In this document: one piece after another, positions 51,935-61,461 of the stretch
Layout: every line of letters begins with the position of its first letter
Position numbering within the stretch: the first letter of the stretch is position 1
Assembly (NCBI GenBank): GCA_016861085.1
Contig: BOKR01000001.1
Coordinates: 131,271 to 195,270 of the forward strand
From: Patescibacteria group bacterium
GTDB lineage: Bacteria > Patescibacteriota > Microgenomatia > UBA1400 > PJMF01
DNA length: 64,000 nucleotides
Direction: 5' to 3'
Program-made: the position numbers and the translations under genes
Notes under the pieces: model-generated
Seen by the model: only the letters and a program-made list of their open reading frames with translations
Databases searched by the model: none
What the model was told of the DNA's origin: nothing

Positions 51935-54088
51935 TCATGAAACAAACACTGGACTCGTCCATGCCATATGACCATCCCGCTGGATAACTTTAACAAAGAT
52001 AGGAATTGATCTGTGCTTGGAAGGTTTAAGGTTAATCATTGTTGAGAACTGTATATCAAAAACAGAAGTGGCTGCTACTGTTTTGTAGTAGCTAGCTTCA
52101 GAGTCAAGTCCACCCATTTTGATTCGCTTCGGTTTCATTGCTAGCTTTTCCAATGGAATGACAATATTTTTTTGATTTAGTTTTAGCGTTGCGCTTCCTT
52201 TCATCTCTGTTAGTTGGGCAATAAAACCCTGAACTCCTCCAGTAGTTATACCACTCCAACATATTTGATTTTTGGTGTTGGTGATAACATTCCTTTTGCT
52301 GTAGAAGTTAATTTTTTCTAAGGCTTTGATTTGAGTAGAATCGAAACGTAACTCACCTTTCCAATCAAACGCTCTTGCTCTGCCTTTAACCCTTGAGCCC
52401 GAACATAGTATCTTCAGAAAGTTAGAGTTTGATTCTGGTTCAACATACTGCGTATGTTTAAGCTGATCTAGAGCATATATCTCTACTCTTTCAATGCTTG
52501 CCGTTGCGTAGCACTTAACAGAAATCTCAATAGGTTTTTGCTTAGAACTAATATGATCGCCCATCATCACTGTTTGACCTTCAAAATTGGATACAAAGTA
52601 ATCAATACACATGTGGGTACCAGTAGTAGCATAGCAATGTCGTGATTTGATTGCTTCAAATATTGTTTTTCGATCAAGGTTTTTCGCAACAATCCCTGTT
52701 AGCCCTCCGTAGCTATTAAAATGTGCAAACGCGGGGTAGCTAGCCCCCAATCTTCCAGAATGATCATCGCTATTGGCTACAACTCCAACTTTGTAGTTAC
52801 GTTTCAACGCATCAAAATAGAACCATTCAAATGTTCCCCACGCGGAGTGAATCTCAACAACTGGCTCAAGCTTTTCATTATGCAGCTGCAAGTCAGCATA
52901 TCGGCCACCAACATGAGGAATGACAATGGTTTTTGTATGATCTAATTTTGGAAAAAGATCGGTCACTATTGTGGCATCTGAATCACTGTCTGAGAATTCA
53001 TCAAGCAACGCATGAGATGAACGATATATTTTTTCGTTCTCATGTAGGTAAATAATGTTTCGGTCACCACCACGATTGGTGTTTCCAGACCATTCGTAAC
53101 CCGGAAAGGAAATAAAACTATGTGGTTTGTTTATTTTCTTAGTGGTTTTGTTAATTTTTTTCCAAAAGGCATTAGTAATTTGAAAATCATTTCCTTGGAT
53201 ACATGTTACATCCAAGTGTGAGTAGTCTTTAGCAAATCTAAAATATGAATTCACGTCATTTGTACCTATTGTTTCGCTCGATTGCCCGTGCAAGTCTGCC
53301 CAAAAGATTTTGTTTTTCGTGCTAGTGTTTTGCTGGACAATAATGGGATTCGATTGTCCAACAAAGTCGCGACATGTGGCCTGAATTCTGAGAATTCCTT
53401 CTGTTTTTTGTTGAACTGGTACAAGGGCGCGACCATTTTTAAGTCTAACTGTTTTGGGAAAGTCCATTGCCAACTTCACTGTCCCACTAAAATTTTCAGC
53501 CGGATTCCCCCACTGATCTTCGGCTTTTATCAGAAGACTAATTGTTTTACCGATAGTTGCTTGCGAAGGGGCGAGAACAACTAACTTATTAATTTTGTCT
53601 GCTTTGAGATATAGAAATGGTTGTTTTGGTAGTTCAAGACATCTGCCTGTTGCAAATGGATCAACCACAACTTTAAAGATATGTTTATCTTCAGCAAACG
53701 TTTGTGTTCTCCACTGCACAAAATCAAAATATACTTTATCGCCTTGAGATAAGTACTGGTTTGTGACGGTTACGCGGACTCCTCTACTCCATGGTCGTTC
53801 ATGAACTTTTCCTTTTAGTCCAGTGCTTTTAGAATCCACAAGAAATACAACATCAGTATTCGATGAGGTAATTTTCAGAAAATTAGGTTTTTTAGAGTCA
53901 GTAAGTTGCGGATCAGCACAGTCTCCTGCGGTGCGAAAAAGCACTTTAATTTCACCACTTTCATCAATACCGAGTTCACCCACGGTGTAAGTGAGTCTAA
54001 ATGTAGTTGGTGTACCTACGATGGCAGTGTTGATACTCAACACTGCCGATCCTATTTTACTTTCGTAGGTCTTTTGAAGATTTTTCAT
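51935..54088 (-). CDS. large hypothetical protein, DUF3604-like putative metal-dependent hydrolase
   Basis: 717 aa. ADLHGQSSET, IPHVGG and VANSDDHSGRLGASYP are His/Asp-rich motifs reminiscent of DUF3604/PHP-like phosphoesterases. The assignment is tentative. Confidence 0.35.
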   Translation of the reverse strand: MKNLQKTYESKIGSAVLSINTAIVGTPTTFRLTYTVGELGIDESGEIKVLFRTAGDCADPQLTDSKKPNFLKITSSNTDVVFLVDSKSTGLKGKVHERPWSRGVRVTVTNQYLSQGDKVYFDFVQWRTQTFAEDKHIFKVVVDPFATGRCLELPKQPFLYLKADKINKLVVLAPSQATIGKTISLLIKAEDQWGNPAENFSGTVKLAMDFPKTVRLKNGRALVPVQQKTEGILRIQATCRDFVGQSNPIIVQQNTSTKNKIFWADLHGQSSETIGTNDVNSYFRFAKDYSHLDVTCIQGNDFQITNAFWKKINKTTKKINKPHSFISFPGYEWSGNTNRGGDRNIIYLHENEKIYRSSHALLDEFSDSDSDATIVTDLFPKLDHTKTIVIPHVGGRYADLQLHNEKLEPVVEIHSAWGTFEWFYFDALKRNYKVGVVANSDDHSGRLGASYPAFAHFNSYGGLTGIVAKNLDRKTIFEAIKSRHCYATTGTHMCIDYFVSNFEGQTVMMGDHISSKQKPIEISVKCYATASIERVEIYALDQLKHTQYVEPESNSNFLKILCSGSRVKGRARAFDWKGELRFDSTQIKALEKINFYSKRNVITNTKNQICWSGITTGGVQGFIAQLTEMKGSATLKLNQKNIVIPLEKLAMKPKRIKMGGLDSEASYYKTVAATSVFDIQFSTMINLKPSKHRSIPIFVKVIQRDGHMAWTSPVFVS

Positions 54089-54094
54089 AATTTT

Positions 54095-54964
54095 TTACCT
54101 TATTTTCAAATTAATATCTTTTTTGGTTGCGGCTTTGAATTTGTTATAGATTTGATACGTGCCGGCAGTTCGCAACAGTTCTCTTTGTTCTTTTGTTACA
54201 TTTACCTGTTGTTTATGATCAAATTGATATCCAGGTCTTTCTTTAACACCTTGAACAAATATTTCTGGAGGCTGATCAAAAAAAATGTCAGTTGACTGAG
54301 TGCTGCCAAATCTAGGGCCAGTGGTCCAGTCCACAGCGTGTGAGACTCTCTCTTGTGGAAGTGTTATGCCGATCCGCTTGAACAGCGCGGTCGCAACTTT
54401 TTGAGCATCGTTGTCTCTAATTGCCTCGTGAACATAATGAGTTACCATGATACCTTGGGCTTTTGCAGCCTGCACAATATTGTCTGTTTCTTGGATTGCT
54501 CTAACAAGACCTTGCGTATTCACATTTGATTGATAGATTCTATTCCATGAAGTGAGGGTCATTTCAGGATTTCTGAGCATTGCTATCAGATGAATTCTTT
54601 CTGGCGGGTAACCAGCAGCAATCAAGGTTTCAATAGGATTAAAAAATTCTGATTCTTTTTTTGAGCCAAATGTTTCTTTCACAATTGCAAGAGGAATCCC
54701 TTGTTTTAAGGCAAAAGTAGGAATAGCATCTTTTTCTTCTATCGCCCTTCTAATAGATTTTATTGGTTGTAAGTAGTTTGGGATACTCAGCCGTGCAAAT
54801 AATTCTGAGAGTGCAGTTGTACCAGAACGATTTGGTCCAATGATGCAAACCAAAAACGGTGGGTTTTTCCCAACTTCTATGTGTTTGAGTGATTCCAGAA
54901 ATAACTTACTCCTTTCTTGTCTGTGTTGTTCATAACTTTCATTAGTTTCTATTCTTTGTTTCAT
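54095..54964 (-). CDS. sulfotransferase-like P-loop protein
   Basis: 289 aa. The N-terminal P-loop (IIGPNRSGTTAL) resembles the 5'-PSB motif of PAPS-dependent sulfotransferases. This is the first gene of the minus-strand operon. Confidence 0.45.
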   Translation of the reverse strand: MKQRIETNESYEQHRQERSKLFLESLKHIEVGKNPPFLVCIIGPNRSGTTALSELFARLSIPNYLQPIKSIRRAIEEKDAIPTFALKQGIPLAIVKETFGSKKESEFFNPIETLIAAGYPPERIHLIAMLRNPEMTLTSWNRIYQSNVNTQGLVRAIQETDNIVQAAKAQGIMVTHYVHEAIRDNDAQKVATALFKRIGITLPQERVSHAVDWTTGPRFGSTQSTDIFFDQPPEIFVQGVKERPGYQFDHKQQVNVTKEQRELLRTAGTYQIYNKFKAATKKDINLKIR

Positions 54965-55002
54965 AATTTCTTTCTTAGTTTTTGTTGTGTTACTTACATA
55001 TA

Positions 55003-55030
55003 AAAAAGCCCTCTAGGAAAAGAGGGCTAT
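55003..55030 (-). promoter_or_regulatory. leader hairpin with U-tract immediately upstream of sulfotransferase-like gene (candidate attenuator)
   Basis: The minus strand reads AGCCCTCTTTTCCTAGAGGGCT followed by TTTTTTAT, 35 nt before the start codon at 54964. The sequence AGCCCTC occurs again 50 nt upstream. Confidence 0.4.
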
Positions 55031-55173
55031 TGTGTAACACATATTTTTTCTACAAAAATAACACCTCTTTTTTCCTGTGAGGGCTAAGCCATGACTGTTG
55101 ATATGTTCTATATTTTTTTGTTTTCATTTTTGTTTTCATTTTTGTTTTATTTTTCTTTAATTTGAGGATAGAA

Positions 55174-55211
55174 ATAAAAAAACCTCCGTTTTGGAGGTTA
55201 GTTTTTCTTTT
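55174..55211. terminator. bidirectional intrinsic terminator
   Basis: AAAAAAA-AACCTCCGTTTTGGAGGTT-AGTTTTTCTTTT. It has an A-tract on one side and a T-tract on the other. Confidence 0.6.
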
Positions 55212-55371
55212 ATACATACTATTTTTTCAAACTAAAAACGAGCCTCCGGTGTTTGGTGCTTGGTTAGTTATGCCAATATGTATTTACTTTTTTGTACATG
55301 TGAGTCCGCATTATATGGTTATTTTGTTGTTGTGTCAAATTATAAATAGTCTCTATGTTATAATATGAGTT

Positions 55372-55613
55372 ACATCCGTCACAAAAGAGTTCGCACCTCT
55401 TGAGTTTAAAAAAACACGGAGCTTGAGGAACATTCAAGCCGGTTGACACCCGTGAACATGTCAGGCTTTTGTCGTTGCAGTTTTGACTGCGAATCTGAGA
55501 AAGCTACAAAGAAATGTTAAGTAATTAGCATTTGAAGAAGGGTGGTACCGTTCTTTTGAAGAACCCCTTCACTATCTAAGTATAAATCTTGGAAAGTGAA
55601 GGGGTTTTTTTAT
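55372..55613 (+). promoter_or_regulatory. T-box-type riboswitch leader (antiterminator/terminator) upstream of GNAT-M20 operon
   Basis: AATTAG (55523-55528) is followed by AAGGGTGGTACCG (55539-55550), matching the T-box consensus AGGGUGGNACCGCG. The antiterminator comprises helix A1 (GAAGGG/CCCTTC), a 7-nt UGGUACC bulge and helix A2 (GTTCTT-TTG-AAGAAC). A mutually exclusive 12-bp terminator (AACCCCTTCACT/AGTGAAGGGGTT) is followed by T7. A TATAAT box lies at about 55359. The 5' boundary and the specifier codon were not resolved. Confidence 0.6.
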
Positions 55614-55668
55614 GCGTCAACACATGAGTCAGAACAAAAAAAACAGTTATTAATTTTGAAAGATACAT

Positions 55669-56223
55669 ATGAAAAAAAGTTTACAAGAGGGATCGCACAT
55701 AAAAATTGTGTACCCAGAACAAAAGGATATTTTATTACTACAGCAGGCATCAGTATTGATTACTCTGTTTGCGGAAATGGGGCTGATGATTGAACAGACC
55801 GTAGAAACATTGTCAGCAATGGCTGCACAGGGATTACTAGCGCTTGCAATTGATGAAACCAACTTGGTTGTTGGTTCGGCAGCTATAACTGTGCACTATC
55901 CTGGTGGAGTTTCGGAGTTTGGTGGTTGGGCTGTTTTGCAACAACATCAGAAAACCGGCGTTGGGAAAGAATTGTTAATAGGGTTACTAAAAAAAACAAA
56001 AGCGAAAAAAATAATTGCCTTTGGTAATCACAATTCAACGCCAATTTTTTTGAAAATGGGTGGGAAGGTTTTAGATCAAAAAAGTTTGCATCCTGATGCT
56101 TTTGTTCCTTGCCTTACCTGCAATTGTAAAGGTAAAGAAAAATTACAGGGTGGCCAGAAATGTGTTGATACTATTGTTGATCTCACTCCGATTATTAAAC
56201 AACAAAAGAAAGGAAAAGTATGA
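55669..56223 (+). CDS. GNAT-family N-acetyltransferase
   Basis: 184 aa. The motif A-like HQKTGVGKELL (Q/R-x-x-G-x-G/A) and size fit a single-domain GNAT protein. Confidence 0.55.
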   Translation: MKKSLQEGSHIKIVYPEQKDILLLQQASVLITLFAEMGLMIEQTVETLSAMAAQGLLALAIDETNLVVGSAAITVHYPGGVSEFGGWAVLQQHQKTGVGKELLIGLLKKTKAKKIIAFGNHNSTPIFLKMGGKVLDQKSLHPDAFVPCLTCNCKGKEKLQGGQKCVDTIVDLTPIIKQQKKGKV

Positions 56224-57305
56224 ACGTTAAAGAGTATTTTATAGAGTTAGTAAAAATAGATAGTCCTTCTGGTACTGAGCAAGCGATTGCTGAGTACCTC
56301 ATTGGATGGCTGGAAGGTTTGGGATTTTTTGTACAGCAAGATGCAATTGGAAATGTATTTGCCTCAACAAATGTTACAAAAGACTCCCCTGCTCCGTTAC
56401 TTTTATGCGCACACATGGATACTGTTCAACCGGGGATTGGTATAAAGCCAATTTTGAAAAATGGTGTTATTACAAGTGATGGAGAAACAATTTTAGGCGC
56501 AGATAACAAAGCTGCTATCGCTGCGATGATGCAAGCGGTTGAGGTTTTCTTTGCTGACCCTAACAATAGTAAAAAACCATTGGAGGTTTTGTTTACAGTT
56601 AAAGAAGAAACTGGTGGAGGTGTGGATTTGTTTAACTTTTCTTTGCCGACCGCTAAAACTGTTTTAATTTGTGATTATGCAAAGCCAATCGGAACTGTAG
56701 TTTTGGGTGCCCCATTTATTCAAAATTTTACCGTTGAATTTATTGGAAAAGCTGCCCATTCTTCAAAACCTGACACAGGGAGAAACGCTTTCTTAGGATT
56801 ATCAGAATTTTTGAATGGGGTAAAAGTTGGAAGTTTAGATGCTGGTTTGACTACCGTTAATATTGGCACAATTATGGGTGGATCAGGAGTTAATACGATC
56901 CCTGAAAAATGCACGGTAAAAGGAGAGGTAAGAAGTTTTAAGGAAAAGTTATTTTACGGGCATTTATATACTATTAAAAAGATGGCAAAATCTGTTGCAA
57001 AAAATCAAGGTTTAGAAGTTACATTTAAAGTTGATGGATTTTGTCCGGGCTATTTGTATGAGGAGTCTTTAGAACATATTCAATTTGCTGGTGAGATTAT
57101 TGAAAAAGTAACGAAAAAAAAAGTTCAGTTTGAAAGAACGTTTGGTGTGAGCGATGGCAATATTTTAGCTCATGCTGGTTTTAAAGCGATATTGATTAGT
57201 GATGGCGTTAAGGATCCGCACACTGTACATGAGTCTATTGCTTTGAAGGATTTGGAAATGCTTTCGAAGGTAGTTTTGGGGTTTTTGGATGTGAATTTGC
57301 AATGA
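56220..57305 (+). CDS. M20-family metallopeptidase/deacylase (PepT/ArgE/DapL-like)
   Basis: 361 aa with metal ligands LLLCAHMDTV, ADNKAAIAAMM and EETGG, and a C-terminal HxxxD. Translationally coupled to the GNAT gene by a 4-nt overlap. Confidence 0.7.
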   Translation: MNVKEYFIELVKIDSPSGTEQAIAEYLIGWLEGLGFFVQQDAIGNVFASTNVTKDSPAPLLLCAHMDTVQPGIGIKPILKNGVITSDGETILGADNKAAIAAMMQAVEVFFADPNNSKKPLEVLFTVKEETGGGVDLFNFSLPTAKTVLICDYAKPIGTVVLGAPFIQNFTVEFIGKAAHSSKPDTGRNAFLGLSEFLNGVKVGSLDAGLTTVNIGTIMGGSGVNTIPEKCTVKGEVRSFKEKLFYGHLYTIKKMAKSVAKNQGLEVTFKVDGFCPGYLYEESLEHIQFAGEIIEKVTKKKVQFERTFGVSDGNILAHAGFKAILISDGVKDPHTVHESIALKDLEMLSKVVLGFLDVNLQ

Positions 57306-57337
57306 TTTTAGTAGAGTATTATTTTTTTACTTTTTGT

Positions 57338-58225
57338 TTACACCTTTGAAGAAGGCCTGACCCAGACTGACAGGTATTCATGATCCTCCCCTGAGAAACC
57401 TAGGTTTATGAGTTTTTTTCTAAAGTCTGAGTGGTCAAAGGGAATATGAAAAGGATGTCTACCCCCTGCTTGGTCATCATCATCAATAAAGTAAACAAAC
57501 AATCTAGTTTTATCAGATATAGCTCTGAAAATATCAAAAGGGTTTGTCATATGTTCTAGTGCATCAATAGTCCAAACCATGTCAACTATAGGGAAATCAT
57601 TTGATTCTACATCAAAAACTCTTTTTTTGTTATCAAAATTCTTTTCCTTCAATCTCCATTTTAGAAAATCAGTTGAGGGGCAATCAAAGTCAACGAAGTA
57701 AACGTCAAAACCTGCTTTTAACATTGAAAGGCCGTCATTTCCTATTCCACATCCATAGTCGACTATCGTTTTTATACCATACTTTTTTTTGAATAGTTCG
57801 TAATTCGGGGTGAAATCTTTTCTATCTTCACTCTCAAAGAAAATTAACGAATTGTAAACATATTCTTTTGTAGTTTTATAGAAGTTTGATACTTCTATTT
57901 CAGAATTTGGTTTTTTATCGTACCACTCATCCGCAAGTGCCCATGATGAATCATGATAGAGCTCAAATTTATCGCCAAGGTAATTTTTTAAATCTTGAAA
58001 TCCATCTTTATATTTTGCTTGATCCCATCTAACTCGATTCCAAGTGTCCCAACATGTATCGCAAGTGTCGATATGTTTTTTTACAGTTGAGATTTCAAGT
58101 TTTGAAAGTGCGTGTTTCTTTTTCAAGTAATCTTTAAGCTGGTTGTATTTGTAATGCTTAGTATAGGTCATGACGTTTTTATAGGGGTGTATTATATCAT
58201 TTCCCAAAGTAAAAGACTCTGTCAA
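57338..58225 (-). CDS. class I SAM-dependent methyltransferase with N-terminal Cys-rich segment
   Basis: 295 aa. VDYGCGIGNDGLSMLKAGFDVYFVDFD is SAM-binding motif I. The N-terminus contains CDTCWDTW. Confidence 0.7.
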   Translation of the reverse strand: MTESFTLGNDIIHPYKNVMTYTKHYKYNQLKDYLKKKHALSKLEISTVKKHIDTCDTCWDTWNRVRWDQAKYKDGFQDLKNYLGDKFELYHDSSWALADEWYDKKPNSEIEVSNFYKTTKEYVYNSLIFFESEDRKDFTPNYELFKKKYGIKTIVDYGCGIGNDGLSMLKAGFDVYFVDFDCPSTDFLKWRLKEKNFDNKKRVFDVESNDFPIVDMVWTIDALEHMTNPFDIFRAISDKTRLFVYFIDDDDQAGGRHPFHIPFDHSDFRKKLINLGFSGEDHEYLSVWVRPSSKV

Positions 58226-58306
58226 CAGTTTTTTCTTTATCTACTAATGTCAGAGGATTGTGGTACAATCCACATCTAGATATAAAAACTGGAAGCAGCA
58301 AAAAAT

Positions 58307-58876
58307 ATGAAAGTTTATTTCACTTGTTCAGCTAGGGGTACCCAGAATTTTTCAAATTCCTATCAAAAAATTTATGAGACCGTCAAGAAGCTAGGTCATG
58401 AACATACTAGTGACTATGCTAAGGATAGTGATCCAGGTGAAGTATACGGATATAGTCACGAGGAGAGAGTGTCTCTATATGAGGAAGCAATAAGAGATTT
58501 GAAAAGTAGCGATGTTGTTTTGTTGGAGGTATCAACTCACAGTTTGACAATGGGTTACCTCATGCAAATGGCTTTAACTTTGGGTAAACCAGTAATAGCC
58601 CTTCACCTAAAAGATTATAAACCTGCATTTGCTGCTGGTATTGAGGACGATAAACTCCAAGTCATCGAGTACACAAATGAAATGTTGTCAGAAGTTCTTG
58701 GAGATGCTCTTGAATATGCACAATCAAAAATGGATTTCCGCTTCAACTTTTTCATCTCCCCCGCAATCGGCAACTATCTGGATTGGATTTCAAAAGTAAA
58801 GAAAATCCCTCGCTCAGTTTACCTTCGCAATCTGATTGAAAAAGATATGGAAGACAACGACGAGTACAATTCTTAG
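58307..58876 (+). CDS. hypothetical protein (possible nucleoside 2-deoxyribosyltransferase-like fold)
   Basis: 189 aa. The MKVYFTCSARG start and the length are reminiscent of the Rossmann-like N-deoxyribosyltransferase family. Weak evidence. Confidence 0.3.
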   Translation: MKVYFTCSARGTQNFSNSYQKIYETVKKLGHEHTSDYAKDSDPGEVYGYSHEERVSLYEEAIRDLKSSDVVLLEVSTHSLTMGYLMQMALTLGKPVIALHLKDYKPAFAAGIEDDKLQVIEYTNEMLSEVLGDALEYAQSKMDFRFNFFISPAIGNYLDWISKVKKIPRSVYLRNLIEKDMEDNDEYNS

Positions 58877-58944
58877 TTTCTACTCCTCCTCCCCATTGCA
58901 ACCCCCAGTCATTTTCGGTATTATTGATCTAAAGGTCGCATTTT

Positions 58945-59793
58945 TTGTGCTTCCTTCTTGTAGTTTTGCTTAAGAATACTTACATGATTCATACCACAAA
59001 ACCCACTAATACATCCGGCCAAGTCGCAATTGTGATTCTTCTCATAATGGTGGTCCTGCTCACTGTGGGGCTTTCTCTTGCCTCAAGAACAACTCAAGAA
59101 TTATTTCTTTCTCAACAAGAGTCAGAATCTGCCCGAGTTTTCAATGCTGCAGAAGTTGGAGTTGAAGACGCACTTTCGCAAGATTTTGACCTTATAACAG
59201 GTACTGTCACCCTTAACCCAGACACAGTGGCAGATGTTACAACCCAAACAACTATCAGCCCTTCTTCTACGCTTGAAACCCAACTCGTTGAGGGTGCAGC
59301 TGTCCATCTTAATTTACAAAATTACAATGGTAATTTCACTATTAACTGGGCAAGAGAAACCACTTGTAACGCTGATGCAGCAAATAACCCAGGGGCAGCT
59401 TCACTGTTGGTCTCAATCTATTTTGAAGAAGCAGGGGTCACAAAAGTGACTCATGAAGTTCTTACTCCCTGTACAAGAACACCAGATGATCAATTTACAC
59501 TTGTTAATACGGCTGGAACGAACGGTTACTACAGACAAAGATCAATATCTGTTCCTCCAACCATGGGTGGCACTACCCTTTTTGCTAGAGTTCGGGCAGT
59601 TTATGCAGACACTGCGCTCAGGGTTACCGGAACAGGACTCCCCACACAGTTCTTCACTATCCGTTCTGCTGCTAATACCCAAGTTGGAGAAGAAAGTCGC
59701 ACAGTAGAAGTCGGTCGCACCCTCTCGGGTGCTCCCTCCTTCATGGATTATGCTGTTTATTCTGGAGCCGGAATCACGCAAGATACGCCATAA
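58945..59793 (+). CDS. membrane-anchored secreted protein upstream of pilMNO (possible pilus assembly accessory)
   Basis: 282 aa. An alternative start is at 58984 (MIHTT). A single N-terminal transmembrane helix (VAIVILLIMVVLLTVGLSLA) is followed by a Thr/Asn-rich extracellular domain. Confidence 0.4.
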   Translation: MCFLLVVLLKNTYMIHTTKPTNTSGQVAIVILLIMVVLLTVGLSLASRTTQELFLSQQESESARVFNAAEVGVEDALSQDFDLITGTVTLNPDTVADVTTQTTISPSSTLETQLVEGAAVHLNLQNYNGNFTINWARETTCNADAANNPGAASLLVSIYFEEAGVTKVTHEVLTPCTRTPDDQFTLVNTAGTNGYYRQRSISVPPTMGGTTLFARVRAVYADTALRVTGTGLPTQFFTIRSAANTQVGEESRTVEVGRTLSGAPSFMDYAVYSGAGITQDTP

Positions 59794-59831
59794 AAAAAGT
59801 AAAAAAATAACAAAAAGAAAAATAAAAAAAT

Positions 59832-60848
59832 ATGCCTGCTGCCTCAGTCGCCTTAGATATTGGAACATATAGTATAAAAGCCATCCGCGCCAAAGCTGGT
59901 GCCAAAGTAAATGTTGAGCGTGTGGTCGAAGTTTTCAACGAAACAGGCATTGCGTTGCCAACAGATGATGCTTCAGTGGCGAAGCTTGGCCAAATGATCG
60001 ATGCGGTTTTTAACGATAATGAATTGCCCCGCACAGACGTCAGATTAGCTCTACCAGAAACTGTTGTTTCAACCAAAGTTATCTCGATTCCTCCCCTTTC
60101 TGATGCTGAGCTAGCTTCTGCTATTGGTTGGCAAGCAGAACAGCATATTCCAATCCCACCAGAAGAACTCTCTCTTGAATATCAGGTGCTTCATAGACCA
60201 GAAAAAAAAGAAGACGCACAGATGAGAGTGCTTCTTGTTGGTACCAGAAAACGTATGGTTGAGCGTTTTATTGGTATGTTCAATGAAATTGGTATTGAGC
60301 CTACCCTACTTGAAACACAGATATTGGCAATTATGCGTTCGTTACAATTTACCCAAGAAGATCCAACGACTCTCATTGCTCATATGGGTTCTTCAAGCAT
60401 GAATTTAGCTATTGTTCATAAAGGTGAGTTGCAATTTGTGATTTCACACATGAATGGTGGTCAAATGCTCACTAAGGCACTTGAAACTTCTATTGGTCTT
60501 GATGCTGCTCAAGCTGAACAATACAAACGTAGCTACGGCCTTGATGGTTCACAATTCCAAGGCAAAGTTAGAGATGCTTTACTCCCACCAGTCAATATGC
60601 TACTCACAGAAGTCAGAAAGTCAGTCCAGTTTTTCATAAATCAAAATCCACAAGAAACAGTACAGCGCGTTGTTTTATCTGGAGGTACTTCAATGCTTCC
60701 AAGTTTAGTCCAACACATTACTAATGAACTTGGTGTCGAGGTTTTAATTGCCTCGCCTTTTTCAGGGGTTGAAGGAGCAGTTCCAGAAAACGTAAATCCG
60801 CCCGCAATGAGTGTATGTATGGGATTGTTACAAAGAGAAGAAACTTAG
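59832..60848 (+). CDS. pilM: type IV pilus assembly protein PilM (actin-like ATPase fold)
   Basis: 338 aa. VALDIGTYSIKAI (phosphate-1 motif) and overall PilM architecture. Confidence 0.85.
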   Translation: MPAASVALDIGTYSIKAIRAKAGAKVNVERVVEVFNETGIALPTDDASVAKLGQMIDAVFNDNELPRTDVRLALPETVVSTKVISIPPLSDAELASAIGWQAEQHIPIPPEELSLEYQVLHRPEKKEDAQMRVLLVGTRKRMVERFIGMFNEIGIEPTLLETQILAIMRSLQFTQEDPTTLIAHMGSSSMNLAIVHKGELQFVISHMNGGQMLTKALETSIGLDAAQAEQYKRSYGLDGSQFQGKVRDALLPPVNMLLTEVRKSVQFFINQNPQETVQRVVLSGGTSMLPSLVQHITNELGVEVLIASPFSGVEGAVPENVNPPAMSVCMGLLQREET

Positions 60849-60849
60849 C

Positions 60850-61461
60850 ATGGCCAAAGCAATCAATTTTGTCGGTGAAAGACGAAAGAAACTAACTCAA
60901 GCGCAAAAGCAGGATCAAAAGATTCTCAAAATTGCGATTAATGCTTTGATTGGAGTGTTTGCAGTTTTTTTGATTGTGGTGGGTGTCAGATTTTATTTTG
61001 TGTTTAGAGTCAAAGACATTAAAGATACAGAAGCTCAAATCAGAACCAGAATTCTTGCCAACGAGCCCGTCGAAAAAGACTACATTATCTTTGCACAGAA
61101 GCTAAAAAAATTAGCACTTTTTTTTGGGAGACGGAAAGACAAGCAAGAGGCCTTGGTTTTTTTCAGCGAAGTGTTTGGTCCTGATGTGATCGTCTCAGGA
61201 ATTGATTACAGTTCAGATGAAGAAGATGTTGTTTCGTTCACGATTAAAGCACCAAATGTCTTTGTAATGGAGCGTGTATTTGCAACATTACAAGAAGAAC
61301 AAGTTACGAGTGTCTACCCAAATATCAGAAAAAGTTCAATGCGTAGATCAGCAACAGGTAACTATACTGTTGATCTAGCAGTTGTTTTGGCTGCTGAAAA
61401 TCCTAGCCCAGCACCAACTACATCAGCAGTTCCAGCCCAACCTGCTACAGAGGAAGAATAA
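60850..61461 (+). CDS. pilN: type IV pilus assembly protein PilN
   Basis: The start at 60850 (MAKAINF) lies just after the pilM stop. There is a short cytoplasmic N-terminus and a single transmembrane helix (ALIGVFAVFLIVVGV), as in PilN. Confidence 0.7.
   Translation: MAKAINFVGERRKKLTQAQKQDQKILKIAINALIGVFAVFLIVVGVRFYFVFRVKDIKDTEAQIRTRILANEPVEKDYIIFAQKLKKLALFFGRRKDKQEALVFFSEVFGPDVIVSGIDYSSDEEDVVSFTIKAPNVFVMERVFATLQEEQVTSVYPNIRKSSMRRSATGNYTVDLAVVLAAENPSPAPTTSAVPAQPATEEE

Noticed and set aside
55381-55530. Assigning a specifier codon or amino acid to the T-box leader (candidates GAA-CAU-G at about 55453 and GAA-UCU-G at about 55491)
   Set aside because: I could not derive a convincing Stem I fold by eye. 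The region forms several short hairpins. The codon assignment would be a guess without a structure-aware alignment.
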